A DNA stretch of 64,000 nucleotides from an uncultured Pseudanabaenaceae cyanobacterium (GTDB taxonomy: Bacteria > Cyanobacteriota > Cyanobacteriia > PCC-9006 > JAAUQQ01), in the NCBI GenBank assembly GCA_938002085.1, contig CALLAT010000009.1, positions 6,760 to 70,759 of the forward strand. Reading direction: 5' to 3'. The stretch's first letter is position 1, and each line of letters starts with the position of its first letter. The notes under the pieces were generated by a model, which made no database searches, was not told the origin of the DNA, and worked only from the letters and a program-made list of their open reading frames with translations. Positions 17,951 through 26,958 of this stretch are shown in pieces. A program made the translations under genes and the position numbers.

Positions 17951-19195
17951 TTAATGGCTGTGGCCATGGTGGGCATGTTCCTTGTGGTCATGGCCATGGT
18001 GATTGTGGCTACCGTGATCGTGAGAGCCATGATCATGGCCATGGTGACCGTCGTGCTGATGGAATTCCTCGGCAATTTGTGCGCGAACTTGCGCAGCCAG
18101 ATTGGGCTTGACCATCATGTCGGCTTCTTCCAACAGCTCCTCAATCAGTGGATTGGCCCACTGGGCTGCCATGGCGACAAAGTCAGGATGCTCGTTGACG
18201 CAGTCCAGGCGGAGGTAGGTCACATCGGGGCGCTTCTTGCGTAGGCTGCCGATGATGTGGTCGACATCGAGTAAAGTCTCGTGGTTTTCAGTGGCGAAGC
18301 CGATAGGCATGTAGACCAATGCCGTTGCACCTAGATCCATGAGATTTTTGGAGGCGGTGGTGACGTCGGGCTGAGTCCACTCAATCATGGGGGTGTCATG
18401 GTTGAGCCAGCCAATGCTGATCAGGGGGTAGCGGTACATCAGCTCTTTGCGCACTAGCTCATACAACTCTTGGCTTTCGTCGATGCCGGAGGTGAAGCCT
18501 TTGGCCTTGTGGGGGCAGCCGTGGTTCATTAGCAGGATGCCGGTCTGGGAGGGCAGGTGGGCTACTGCCAGCTTTTTCTCGACGTTGTCGATGACCTGTT
18601 GGGCCAGCAACTTGATGTAGTCGGGGCGATCGAAGAAGGAAGGGATATAGCGAATGCCCTTGACCCAATGCTCAGCTTCGGTGCTGAGCTTGTTGAGGCC
18701 TTGGTTGACCTGCTCTACGGCGATGCCGCTGGTGAAGATAGAATCCACGACCAAGAGAGGATAGATCAGGATTTTGCTGTAGCCTTCAGCTTTGATCTGA
18801 GCCAAAACTTGCTCTGGCAGGTGAGGGGCACAGAAGTTAAAGGCTTTGAAAACTTTGACTTGCTCACCCCAGCGGTCTTTGAGGTTGCTTTCAATACCCG
18901 CGCGCTGGGCTTCGAAAATTTCGTTGTGAGGGGAGACGAAGTTGCCATGCTGGTGGCTCCACTCATGGAGGTCAAAAATGGCTAGCAGCTTGGCTAGAGG
19001 AGGATAGAGCCAGAGGGGCACAGGGGCAAACTTGGCGGTGAGGAGGTTGAGCGCCTGCTCATTGTAGTTAGCAAAGTCTTCGTAGCTTTCGACTTCGCCG
19101 TAGCCCATGAGGAGGACTGCTACTTTGTCACTGTATTCCGGGTGAGTATGGTGCTCGTCAGTGTGGGTTTGGGTGGGGCGGCTAGTAGTGACCAT
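17951..19195 (-). CDS. Ferrochelatase-family (class II chelatase) protein with His-rich C-terminal tail
   Basis: Ferrochelatase-like landmarks are VAVLLMGYGEVES, LLMNHGCPHKA (candidate catalytic-His region) and IGWLNHDTPMIEWTQPDV. The tail is HQHDGHHGHDHGSHDHGSHNHHGHDHKEHAHHGHSH. There is no CAB/TM domain as found in canonical cyanobacterial HemH. Confidence 0.75.
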   Translation of the reverse strand: MVTTSRPTQTHTDEHHTHPEYSDKVAVLLMGYGEVESYEDFANYNEQALNLLTAKFAPVPLWLYPPLAKLLAIFDLHEWSHQHGNFVSPHNEIFEAQRAGIESNLKDRWGEQVKVFKAFNFCAPHLPEQVLAQIKAEGYSKILIYPLLVVDSIFTSGIAVEQVNQGLNKLSTEAEHWVKGIRYIPSFFDRPDYIKLLAQQVIDNVEKKLAVAHLPSQTGILLMNHGCPHKAKGFTSGIDESQELYELVRKELMYRYPLISIGWLNHDTPMIEWTQPDVTTASKNLMDLGATALVYMPIGFATENHETLLDVDHIIGSLRKKRPDVTYLRLDCVNEHPDFVAMAAQWANPLIEELLEEADMMVKPNLAAQVRAQIAEEFHQHDGHHGHDHGSHDHGSHNHHGHDHKEHAHHGHSH

Positions 19196-19322
19196 AGATA
19201 TCGATAGCGCAGGCTGATAGAAACTTAGCTATCAGTGTTCCGTAGGTATTTTGAAAGTGGGGACGGGGCGTAAGGAAACTGCACCAAAGTTATGTTCCTG
19301 ATGTAATGTTGCGGCGATCTTC

Positions 19323-19712
19323 TTAACCTAGCTTCGGATTCCGTTTCTTTTGGCGACCTGGCTTGGGTTTGTGCTGGTGGGGTAGGCGCTTGGGGGAGGA
19401 TTTGGAGGAGTTGTCTGATTTCTCGGTCGTTTTGGGAGATTTTGCTTTGCCTTGCTGGGTGCCGGGGGCGGTGCGCTGTTCGCCGAAGTATTTCTCGCTG
19501 CGGTAGCGAAGCCAGATGCGGAGCTGCTGGGGGATTTTATCTTTTTGCTCCTGGGTTAGCTGGTTGTAGAGAAGGAGAGCTTTTTCTCGTTCGCCCCGGC
19601 AGGCGCGGTTGTTGTGGGCTTTCCAATAGGCCATGGCGACGCGGATGCGGCGGTTGGTCTCTTTGATGAGGGTTTCGCCGCTGAGGGGACGTTTCTTGTT
19701 TGATTTGGCCAT
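19323..19712 (-). CDS. Hypothetical small, highly basic Lys/Arg-rich protein
   Basis: Clean 129-aa ORF between flanking genes. I recognise no family. The C-terminal half is low-complexity and K/P/S-rich. Confidence 0.5.
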   Translation of the reverse strand: MAKSNKKRPLSGETLIKETNRRIRVAMAYWKAHNNRACRGEREKALLLYNQLTQEQKDKIPQQLRIWLRYRSEKYFGEQRTAPGTQQGKAKSPKTTEKSDNSSKSSPKRLPHQHKPKPGRQKKRNPKLG

Positions 19713-19754
19713 GGTTTGCGGGGGATAGAGTGGGCTTGGAATATTGCTCGGATG

Positions 19755-20342
19755 CTACTGCAACTGTTGGGTAAACCCGTCAGCCGCGATCGCCGCACTA
19801 GCTTTCAAAGCTTCTGCGCTCATGCCATCACGGGCACTGCCGGAGAGGCCGACTAGGATTGTCGTGACATAGTTGGCGAGGATGTTGGCTTGTTCAGGAG
19901 CTTGACGATGGATGCGATCACGAACGAGTTGTTGCATGGCTTGGTGGTAGGTGGCGCTAACGGCGCAGGCTTTGCTATCGGTGCAGTTGCGGGTGCCATC
20001 GAGGGCTAGGCAACCGAGTCGATTAGGGTCTGCCCCATAGAGTTTGGCCGCCTGGTGGAAGAGGTGGGTAATGGCCTCAGCTAAATCTTCCTGTTCTAAA
20101 GCTTGGGGAAGCCAACTGCCGTTCTGCGCAGCATAGCGCTCTAATACCCGTTCAAATAGTTCTCGCTTGCTGCCAAAGGCAGAGTAGAGACTGGGAGCGG
20201 TAATACCAATGGCCTTGCTGAGTTCTGCAATGCCAACCCCGTCGTAACCTCGCTGGTGGAAGAGAGCTTGGGCGGTGGTAAGGGCTTGGTCGATATCGAA
20301 TCCTCTGGGTCGACCACGCCCAGCTATTTTTTTAGTGACCAC
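19755..20342 (-). CDS. TetR/AcrR family transcriptional regulator
   Basis: The N-terminal HTH is ALFHQRGYDGVGIAELSKAIGITAPSLYSAFGSKRELF. It is divergent from an SDR gene. Confidence 0.9.
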   Translation of the reverse strand: MVTKKIAGRGRPRGFDIDQALTTAQALFHQRGYDGVGIAELSKAIGITAPSLYSAFGSKRELFERVLERYAAQNGSWLPQALEQEDLAEAITHLFHQAAKLYGADPNRLGCLALDGTRNCTDSKACAVSATYHQAMQQLVRDRIHRQAPEQANILANYVTTILVGLSGSARDGMSAEALKASAAIAADGFTQQLQ

Positions 20343-20413
20343 TAGCTTATTTGTGACTGTTCTGTTAGCTTATTTCTATAGTACTCGATACATAAATTGC
20401 AGGAGCAATTTTC

Positions 20414-21127
20414 ATGGCTGATTTGACCGGTAAGAAGGCGTTGGTTTTAGGCGGTAGCCGTGGCATTGGCGCGGCTATTGTGGAGCGCTTAGCTGCGGAT
20501 GGTGCAGCAGTTACGTTTACCTATGCTGGCTCGGTAGATGTGGCGAAAGCATTGGCAGAGAAAACAGGCAGCGCCACGCTTCAGGCTGATAGTGCCGATC
20601 GCGCTGTGGTGGCCCAGGTCATTGCGGCTCAGGGAGCGCTGGATATTTTGGTCGTCAATGCTGGGATTGCGGTTTTAGGCTCTGCCTTGGAGCTGAATCC
20701 CGATGATGTGGATCGCATGATTGATATCAATGTGCGCGGTCCTTACCATGCTGCTGTGGATGCGGCGCGGCAGATGAATGAGGGGGGACGGATCGTGATT
20801 ATGGGTTCGGTTAATGGCGACCGCATGCCCTTCGCTGGCGGTGCTGCTTACGGTATGACGAAGTCGGCGGTGCAGGGGATGGTGCGAGGCTTGGCCAGAG
20901 ATCTTGGCGATCGCAGGATCACGGTCAATAGTGTTCAGCCCGGTCCTGTTAATACAGAACTGAATCCTGAAGATGGCCCTATGAAGGATATGATGCATTC
21001 CTTTATGGCGATTAAGCGCCATGCCCAGCCAGAGGAAATTGCAGGAATGGTGGCGTATTTAGTGGGGCCAGAAGCCAGTATCGTCACGGGCGCTCAGCAC
21101 ACCATTGATGGAGGCTTTGGGGCCTAG
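20414..21127 (+). CDS. SDR family oxidoreductase
   Basis: GGSRGIGAAI (TGxxxGxG-type) NAD(P)-binding motif, NAG motif and YGMTKSAV (YxxxK) catalytic motif. Confidence 0.9.
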   Translation: MADLTGKKALVLGGSRGIGAAIVERLAADGAAVTFTYAGSVDVAKALAEKTGSATLQADSADRAVVAQVIAAQGALDILVVNAGIAVLGSALELNPDDVDRMIDINVRGPYHAAVDAARQMNEGGRIVIMGSVNGDRMPFAGGAAYGMTKSAVQGMVRGLARDLGDRRITVNSVQPGPVNTELNPEDGPMKDMMHSFMAIKRHAQPEEIAGMVAYLVGPEASIVTGAQHTIDGGFGA

Positions 21128-21235
21128 GCGATCGCAAAGTAAGTTGGAGTCGTTGCCTGACAATCTGCCTCTCAGCGACTCCCTTAGTTCTTTCCGTACT
21201 ACTTAATTGTTGGCTTCATTGGCAGCTTGCTCGCC

Positions 21236-22576
21236 CCTGGTTCCAAATGAGTTTGTGTGAGCCTATTAGGGAAGTGGTCGCCTGCCATTGAGTGATGAAG
21301 CGATGAGAAAGTTGCGTAGCCAATCATCGTGATATCGAAAGCCATTGAGCTGTTCAAAGGGGCACAGACAAGCAGTCTGCTGAGCCGTTTTGCGACAGAA
21401 GGGATGGAAATTCCATAGCACCGCCATGGCTCGCCCTGCCTGTCGTGCCGCCCCCCAGGAGCCATGGAAATACTGCATCGAGAATAGGGTGCGGTCGAGA
21501 TAATTCATCGGGCGGTCGACGGCATTACTGGTGCGGTAGGCTCCGGGGTGGTCATAGGCTCTTTGAAACAGGTGGGACTTTCCTTTCAAGCGTTGAATGC
21601 GCCCCTGAATCGAAGCTCTTAAGTCCTCAGACTTAGCCCATTCGAGAAATCGTCGCAGCCGTTGGGCAAATTCCCGTTTATCGCTTCCCTGATAGATGTG
21701 CTAGAGCTTCTCCCTGAGAACTTGCCACTTCCCAGGGGCTGAGCGACACAGGTCCCTGACTTTAATCACCTCATGGAGATAGCAAAGAATCCAGACGATG
21801 CCCGGAAAGCAGCTCTGCCAGGCTTGCCGGGTTGCATCCCACCCATCCAGGGTGACCGTCTCAGGTTGGTAATCCGGGAGATGATCGCTCACTTCCTGTT
21901 GAAATACCCCATACCCCGCCTTGAGCTCTTCCACCCCAGCTGTGGCACACAACTCACTCCCGAGCAGACATCCCTGCGCAGCTGTCACTGCCAAATAGGC
22001 TTTGTTTCCCTTGAAGCGAGTATGTTTCTCATCGGCGCTTAGATGGGGGGGCAGGCTTCGGAACGCTTCACCGTGGCTCCGACAATTGAAACGCGCCCCA
22101 TCGATTGGCACAGATTGTACCAATGCATCTCTGACCCTCCCAGCACATGGGCGATTCCCTCGTAGGACAGGCCATGTTGTCTCAAGTACAACCCTTTCTC
22201 GGCCAACTCTACCCTTTCACTCATGTAGGGCATCACAAAGTCGGGGCGGATTTGATAGGCCTCTTTCGTCTCTGGTAAGTAGATTCGCCGGGTTCTCAGC
22301 GCCTGCCTTGATGAGGCGACTAAACCGTGAAACCGATAACCCTTCTCGATTCCGGCTGGAAATAGCTCAGGATGTTTGCCAATTTGACCGTTGAGATACT
22401 CACGATAGGCTTCGCGCTCCTCAACCAGCTCCTCGTAGTTGACCCCTTCTTCGATGGGCAGGCAGATCGTCTTGTCACCTGCTTTTCCTCGTTGCTTTCG
22501 TTTGGCCATCTCCTTTGACCTCCCAGCAGACTTTCCTTGATCTTACTCCTCTCACACAAACTCACTTGGAACCAGG
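21236..22576 (-). mobile_element. 1341-bp IS element with 26-bp terminal inverted repeats and 6-bp target-site duplication; transposase decayed
   Basis: The IRs are cctggttccaaatgagtttgtgtgag (21236..21261) and its reverse complement at 22551..22576 (25/26 match). Direct repeats CTCGCC lie at 21230..21235 and 22577..22582. The interior encodes a DDE-type transposase in three ORF pieces. The IS family is not assigned with confidence. Confidence 0.85.
21266..22509 (-). pseudogene. Transposase pseudogene (one frameshift plus one in-frame TAG)
   Basis: ORF pieces are 22039..22509, 21701..22123 and 21266..21589. The first two are in different frames and overlap. The last two share one frame, separated by a TAG (complement of 21701..21703), after which translation continues sensibly (HIYQGSDKREFAQRLRRFLEWAK..). 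Confidence 0.8.
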
Positions 22577-23245
22577 CTCGCCCGTTGGGAGGAGTCCTTC
22601 TAATACTGCACCCACAACTCGATGGTCCGAATCCTGCCGTAGCTTCGCCACAGCAGCCTGGGCAGCTTCATCGTCATACTGCCGCAATTGGCGTGCTGCT
22701 CCTATCCGAATATAGGCACTGGCATCTTCTGCGGCTTGGAGTAACAGTTGGAGGGCTTCTGCTTGGTAGGGCGTTTCCTTGAGTCTGCCGAGTAAGGTGA
22801 TTGCAGAGCGCTTAACGGTTAAGTCTTCCTCATCACAAATGCCAAGACGGCAGAGTTGCAAGATGCTTTCGTGGCAATCGAAGTCTTCCATTGTTGCCAA
22901 GATACTCCGACGGATCAGCCAGTGGGACTGTTGTTCGAAGATTTCAACTAGCTGAGGCAAGGCTTGTTCTCCATATTTGGAGAGGGAGTTGGCAATCTCA
23001 GAGATGACGTTGTAGTCTTTCTCTCTGCTAAGCATTTCTAGCAGCGCCTCGTAGGCTTCTTCGTTGCGTTTGAAGCCGAGACCCATGGCAACGAAGGAGC
23101 GGCAAACAAATTGTTTGTCATCCAGCTTTTGCTTGAGTAAGGGGACGACGATGTCCGCTTCAAATTTCCTTAGCTCAGCCATGGCCTTCATTCTGGCCTG
23201 AGGATTGGGACTTTCTAGAAAGGCTTCGATCTGTTGCAAGTTCAT
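22562..23245 (-). CDS. HEAT-repeat (PBS-lyase HEAT-like) protein, C-terminus remodelled by the IS insertion
   Basis: Repeated HEAT-like helices (..ARMKAMAELRKF.., ..VCRSFVAMGLGF.., ..IRIGAARQLRQY.., ..DHRVVGAVLEGL). The likely ATG is at 23245, while the ORF-track start at 23326 is a TTG. The last four codons and the stop lie inside the IS right IR. Confidence 0.8.
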   Translation of the reverse strand: MNLQQIEAFLESPNPQARMKAMAELRKFEADIVVPLLKQKLDDKQFVCRSFVAMGLGFKRNEEAYEALLEMLSREKDYNVISEIANSLSKYGEQALPQLVEIFEQQSHWLIRRSILATMEDFDCHESILQLCRLGICDEEDLTVKRSAITLLGRLKETPYQAEALQLLLQAAEDASAYIRIGAARQLRQYDDEAAQAAVAKLRQDSDHRVVGAVLEGLLPTGEPGSK

Positions 23246-23489
23246 GGCGTTTAAGGCTGTAACACGATCCTGATTCTTGAAGAAGCTCTGCCCTATCCGA
23301 CCTATTGATCCAATCGGGAAGCCCAAGTCTATTGATCATGTTTACACTTATTCATGCGCTCTGCCATAGGCTCAAAAGTCTTTGAGCGTTTGTACTGTCT
23401 TTGGTTCTTAGAGCAGGATTGTCTGGGGAGTTGCTAATGGGGCCATGCAAATGCTGCTTCGCTCTTTTCAAGACTGTTCGATTAAGTTG

Positions 23490-25136
23490 CTAGTGCAAGT
23501 TTTTGTCCCAGATCGCGATATAGACTCGGTTCTTGTCTGTAAATTCCATTGTCCCTTCGACGCTTCCCTGTTCAAAGTTGTAGCGCTTTAAGTTTCCAGC
23601 TCGAATTTGTGCCAGCTTGTCGATGGCTTCACTGGTCGCAGGTTCACCTAACAATCCATCTAGCATCTTCTCCATCACGGGTAATGGTACTTCGGGGTTC
23701 ATCGTTGCTTCGGTTTGGCGGAGCTTGCGGCTGCTGCGATCGTAGATGTAGCCGAGGCCCACTTGGCCAGGAATGACCTTGTAGAGGTTCGCTTCGGTGT
23801 TGGGCCAAAAGCCGATGCGGGAGATGTCTGGTTGACCCAGCAACTGCTCGATCTCAGCTTCACTGCTGCCGATCGCAAATTGGGGTAACTCGCTGAGCTT
23901 CAAAGCAGGCTTGGTGGGCTCAGGCTCAGGCTCGGGAGATTCGGACTCAATTCCCCATTGGACATTGCCTTCGTATTCACCATCTTGGCGATTGACGTTG
24001 ACCTCGGAGCTGACCTGAACATTGCGATCGCCAAAAGCCGTCATTAGAGCGATCGCAGTCCCTAAACCAATCCCCAAGATTCCCAAACAGCCCAGCAACT
24101 TCCAGGGCGCCCCCCGTCGCTTCGGCGCATCACTAGCCTCCACGGTGCCATCAGAATATCGCTGCACAGGCGCTGCAGCTTCGGCGGGGAGACCCCGATT
24201 ACCGCGACTAGCACCGCCATTCTTTCCGCTCACAACCTGGGAATCAGGGTGGCGAGGGGCCACTGCAACGGTGGCCATTTGGGAGGGCGGTGCCACGGTG
24301 CCGACTTGTTGAGGCGCGACCTCGCCTGCAAGCAGACCGAGCCATTGCTCAATGGTTTGAGGGCGGTTGTAGGCGTCAATCTCCATGCCTTTTAAGATTG
24401 CGGCATTGGTTTGAGGACTGATGCTTGGGGTGAGCGATCGCGGCTCGACTAAAGGTTGAGCATGCAACAGAATCGAAGCTGTGGGTATCTGCCCCGTTAC
24501 CAGGCTGTAAAGCGTCGCTGCCAATCCATACACATCCGTCGCAGGGGTCCGCTTAGCCGCTTCCATATATTGCTCCACGGGGGCATAGCCCGGCGAAATC
24601 ATGGTGGTGTGGGTGTTGACTTCGCCCGCTTGGAATTCCCGCGCAATGCCGAAGTCAATCAGAATCACCTGTTCACTGCCCCGCCGCCGCATGATGTTTT
24701 GGGGCTTGATGTCGCGGTGGAGCAGCCCCTTGCTATGGACGACTTGGAGGGCTTCGCTGATTTGGCGGATGTAGTTGAGAGCAGTGGCTTCGGGGAGGGG
24801 GCCGTTAGGACTGGATAGGGCAATGGCATCGAGCGATCGCCCGTCAATAAAGTCCATCACCATGAAGGGTAAGTTGTTCTCTTCGAAGAAGTCACTGACC
24901 CGCACAATATTGGGATGGAGGCAGAGGGCTAGCCGCCGGGCTTCATCTTGGAACTGTTGGCGCAGCTTGCCGAAGTTTTGGGAGCGCTGCATGGTTTGGT
25001 TCAGCGTCTTGATCACTACCGTTTGGTTTAGGTAGTGGTGGGTGGCCCGAAAGGTAATGCCAAAGCCACCCTCGCCCAATACGGCATCGAGGCTGTATTT
25101 GCCATCCTGTAATGTCTTACCAACCCAATTGCGCAT
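23490..25136 (-). CDS. Hanks-type serine/threonine protein kinase with TM segment and extracytoplasmic C-terminal domain
   Basis: Kinase motifs [32 protein letters not shown] and GYAPVEQ. A TM segment [24 protein letters not shown] is followed by a ~190-aa C-terminal domain. Confidence 0.92.
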   Translation of the reverse strand: MRNWVGKTLQDGKYSLDAVLGEGGFGITFRATHHYLNQTVVIKTLNQTMQRSQNFGKLRQQFQDEARRLALCLHPNIVRVSDFFEENNLPFMVMDFIDGRSLDAIALSSPNGPLPEATALNYIRQISEALQVVHSKGLLHRDIKPQNIMRRRGSEQVILIDFGIAREFQAGEVNTHTTMISPGYAPVEQYMEAAKRTPATDVYGLAATLYSLVTGQIPTASILLHAQPLVEPRSLTPSISPQTNAAILKGMEIDAYNRPQTIEQWLGLLAGEVAPQQVGTVAPPSQMATVAVAPRHPDSQVVSGKNGGASRGNRGLPAEAAAPVQRYSDGTVEASDAPKRRGAPWKLLGCLGILGIGLGTAIALMTAFGDRNVQVSSEVNVNRQDGEYEGNVQWGIESESPEPEPEPTKPALKLSELPQFAIGSSEAEIEQLLGQPDISRIGFWPNTEANLYKVIPGQVGLGYIYDRSSRKLRQTEATMNPEVPLPVMEKMLDGLLGEPATSEAIDKLAQIRAGNLKRYNFEQGSVEGTMEFTDKNRVYIAIWDKNLH

Positions 25137-25364
25137 GGCGATGTTGCGGTATTGCAGTAATTAATTATGTCTGGGAGTCGCCGGGTCGCACTTTTGTAAA
25201 GTGAAAACCTCAAGCGGCACTGCTTCCGTCATTATTGTGGCAGCCCTGCGCTAGGTCTAGGGCTGGGTTGCCAGCAAAGCAATGTGGCCACCAGGTTACA
25301 GGCTGATTTAAGTCTCAGTGATTGCTGATCAGCCCTGGCATTGGAAGTTAACAGGGGAGCCATC

Positions 25365-26852
25365 ATGGCAAATTCTTCAGCAAGGCAGTCTGCTCATAGA
25401 TCAGATCGGAGATCCGGTCAGAGGCCTGCGCTGGCCCGATCTCGGCGTTGGCCTGCGCTGGGTCTATTGGGCCTGTTGGGTCTCGTGAGCTGCACCACTC
25501 CCCAGGGGGAACTGGTGAGCAATACTGACTGCACCGCTTCCACCGCCCTGGCGACCTATGGCTGGGAGGTGGCCTATTTCCCTGAGCGCTTCCGCAATGA
25601 GGTGAACCGCCACCGGGTTGAGGAATTTGCCAGTGCGGAGCTGCTCAATCGCAACGGCGAGCAGCCCGATGGCGAGGTGATTGGTCCCGACGACGAGGGG
25701 GTTTGGTGGCCCTTGTTGCCGCCTCGCCCCACAGCGGATGAGGTGGATGAGCGCCGGGATGATGACTTCCGCTATAACGATCCGCCAGAGCTTCAGCGCA
25801 CGGTGCGTTATGTGCTGGACTGTGAAGATGGAAAATTTGCCATTACCGATGAGATGTATCGCGACATTGGCCGAGCCCTGCGGGATGGCAAGGCGATTCA
25901 GGCCCGCTACAGCATGGGCCAGGTGCTGAGCACCACCATCGTTGAGTCGGGGCAAACCATAGAGGTTACGCCTGCCCCGACCGAAGATGGTGCAGCCCTG
26001 CCAGAGGCAGCGAGTTCGACTGTGGCGGTGTTGTATGTCGATGGAGGGGCGGCTGGCAGTGAGGAAGACGGCACTTCTGCTCAGCCTTTCTCCACGGTGA
26101 GCCAAGCCTTGGAGCAGGCTGAGCCCGGCGCAATTATCCAGCTGGCACCGGGGGACTATAACGCTGAATCTGGGGAGACATTGCCCCTGGAGCTACCGGA
26201 GGGGGTCATTCTCCAGGGAGACCCTGAGAACCAGGGCAAAGGCATTACGATTTCCGGCGGGGGGGATTTCCTCAGCCCCACTTGGGCGAAGCAGAATGTC
26301 ACGGTTGTAGCGGGGAAAGATTCCCAGGTCGTAGGCCTTACCGTGAGCAATCCCAATGTGCGGGGCTCGGCGGTGTGGGTGGAGTCCGGCTCGCCGCTGA
26401 TTTTGAAGAATACCTTCGCCGATAATCATCGCGAGGCGGTGTTTGTCTCGGGTGAGGCTAGCCCCAGGATCGAGAGTAATTTGATTGAGCTGAATGGGGG
26501 CAATGGAGTCTCTTTTACGCGGGATAGCAGTGGCCTTTTGGTGGGGAATTCCATTCGCAATAGTGGCTATGGGGTGGCCGTGAGCGATCGCGCCACACCT
26601 ACCCTAGAGGTCAACCAAATTAGCCAGAACCGCAGCGGTATTGTCATTTCTGGCAGTGCCACGCCCATCCTGCGCGGCAATACCATCAGCGAAAACGAGC
26701 AGGACGGCATTGTGGCGACCAACGATGCTCAGCCGACCCTGGAAGGCAATATCTTGACTGGCAATGGTGAGTTCGATATCAATTCAAACTCGACTGCTTC
26801 TCTTAAGGGGGTTGATGATGTCAGTCAACTCAAGGTTCAGGGCAAGCTCTAG
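25365..26852 (+). CDS. DUF1565 / right-handed parallel beta-helix repeat lipoprotein
   Basis: The ATG at 25365 is preceded by ggggag. A lipobox-like LLGLVSC is present. VLYVDGGAAGSEEDGTSAQPFSTVSQALEQAEPGAIIQLAPGDYNAESGETLPLELPEGVILQGD is the DUF1565 signature, followed by parallel beta-helix repeats. Confidence 0.85.
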   Translation: MANSSARQSAHRSDRRSGQRPALARSRRWPALGLLGLLGLVSCTTPQGELVSNTDCTASTALATYGWEVAYFPERFRNEVNRHRVEEFASAELLNRNGEQPDGEVIGPDDEGVWWPLLPPRPTADEVDERRDDDFRYNDPPELQRTVRYVLDCEDGKFAITDEMYRDIGRALRDGKAIQARYSMGQVLSTTIVESGQTIEVTPAPTEDGAALPEAASSTVAVLYVDGGAAGSEEDGTSAQPFSTVSQALEQAEPGAIIQLAPGDYNAESGETLPLELPEGVILQGDPENQGKGITISGGGDFLSPTWAKQNVTVVAGKDSQVVGLTVSNPNVRGSAVWVESGSPLILKNTFADNHREAVFVSGEASPRIESNLIELNGGNGVSFTRDSSGLLVGNSIRNSGYGVAVSDRATPTLEVNQISQNRSGIVISGSATPILRGNTISENEQDGIVATNDAQPTLEGNILTGNGEFDINSNSTASLKGVDDVSQLKVQGKL

Positions 26853-26958
26853 GGGAAGATGTAAGTTAAGTATGAGCATGGTCGAGCCGACCGCCTATGT
26901 CGTTTGAGAGTTGGGCAATCTATGGGTAGGTTTTCCCCACCCTGAGTGTGCAGACTCA

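Noticed and set aside
17903-18244. 113-aa + strand ORF rich in M/V/A (MVRFAAQKRT..VMAMVIVATVIVRAMIMAMVTVV)
   Set aside because: It is the reverse-complement reading of the His-rich (CAT/CAC) tail and C-terminus of the chelatase-like gene on the minus strand. It is an artefact of that repeat, not a membrane protein.
22039-22123. Programmed ribosomal frameshifting between the first two transposase ORF pieces of the IS element
   Set aside because: No slippery heptamer was evident in the overlap. The reading frame is additionally broken by an in-frame TAG further downstream, so decay is the simpler explanation.
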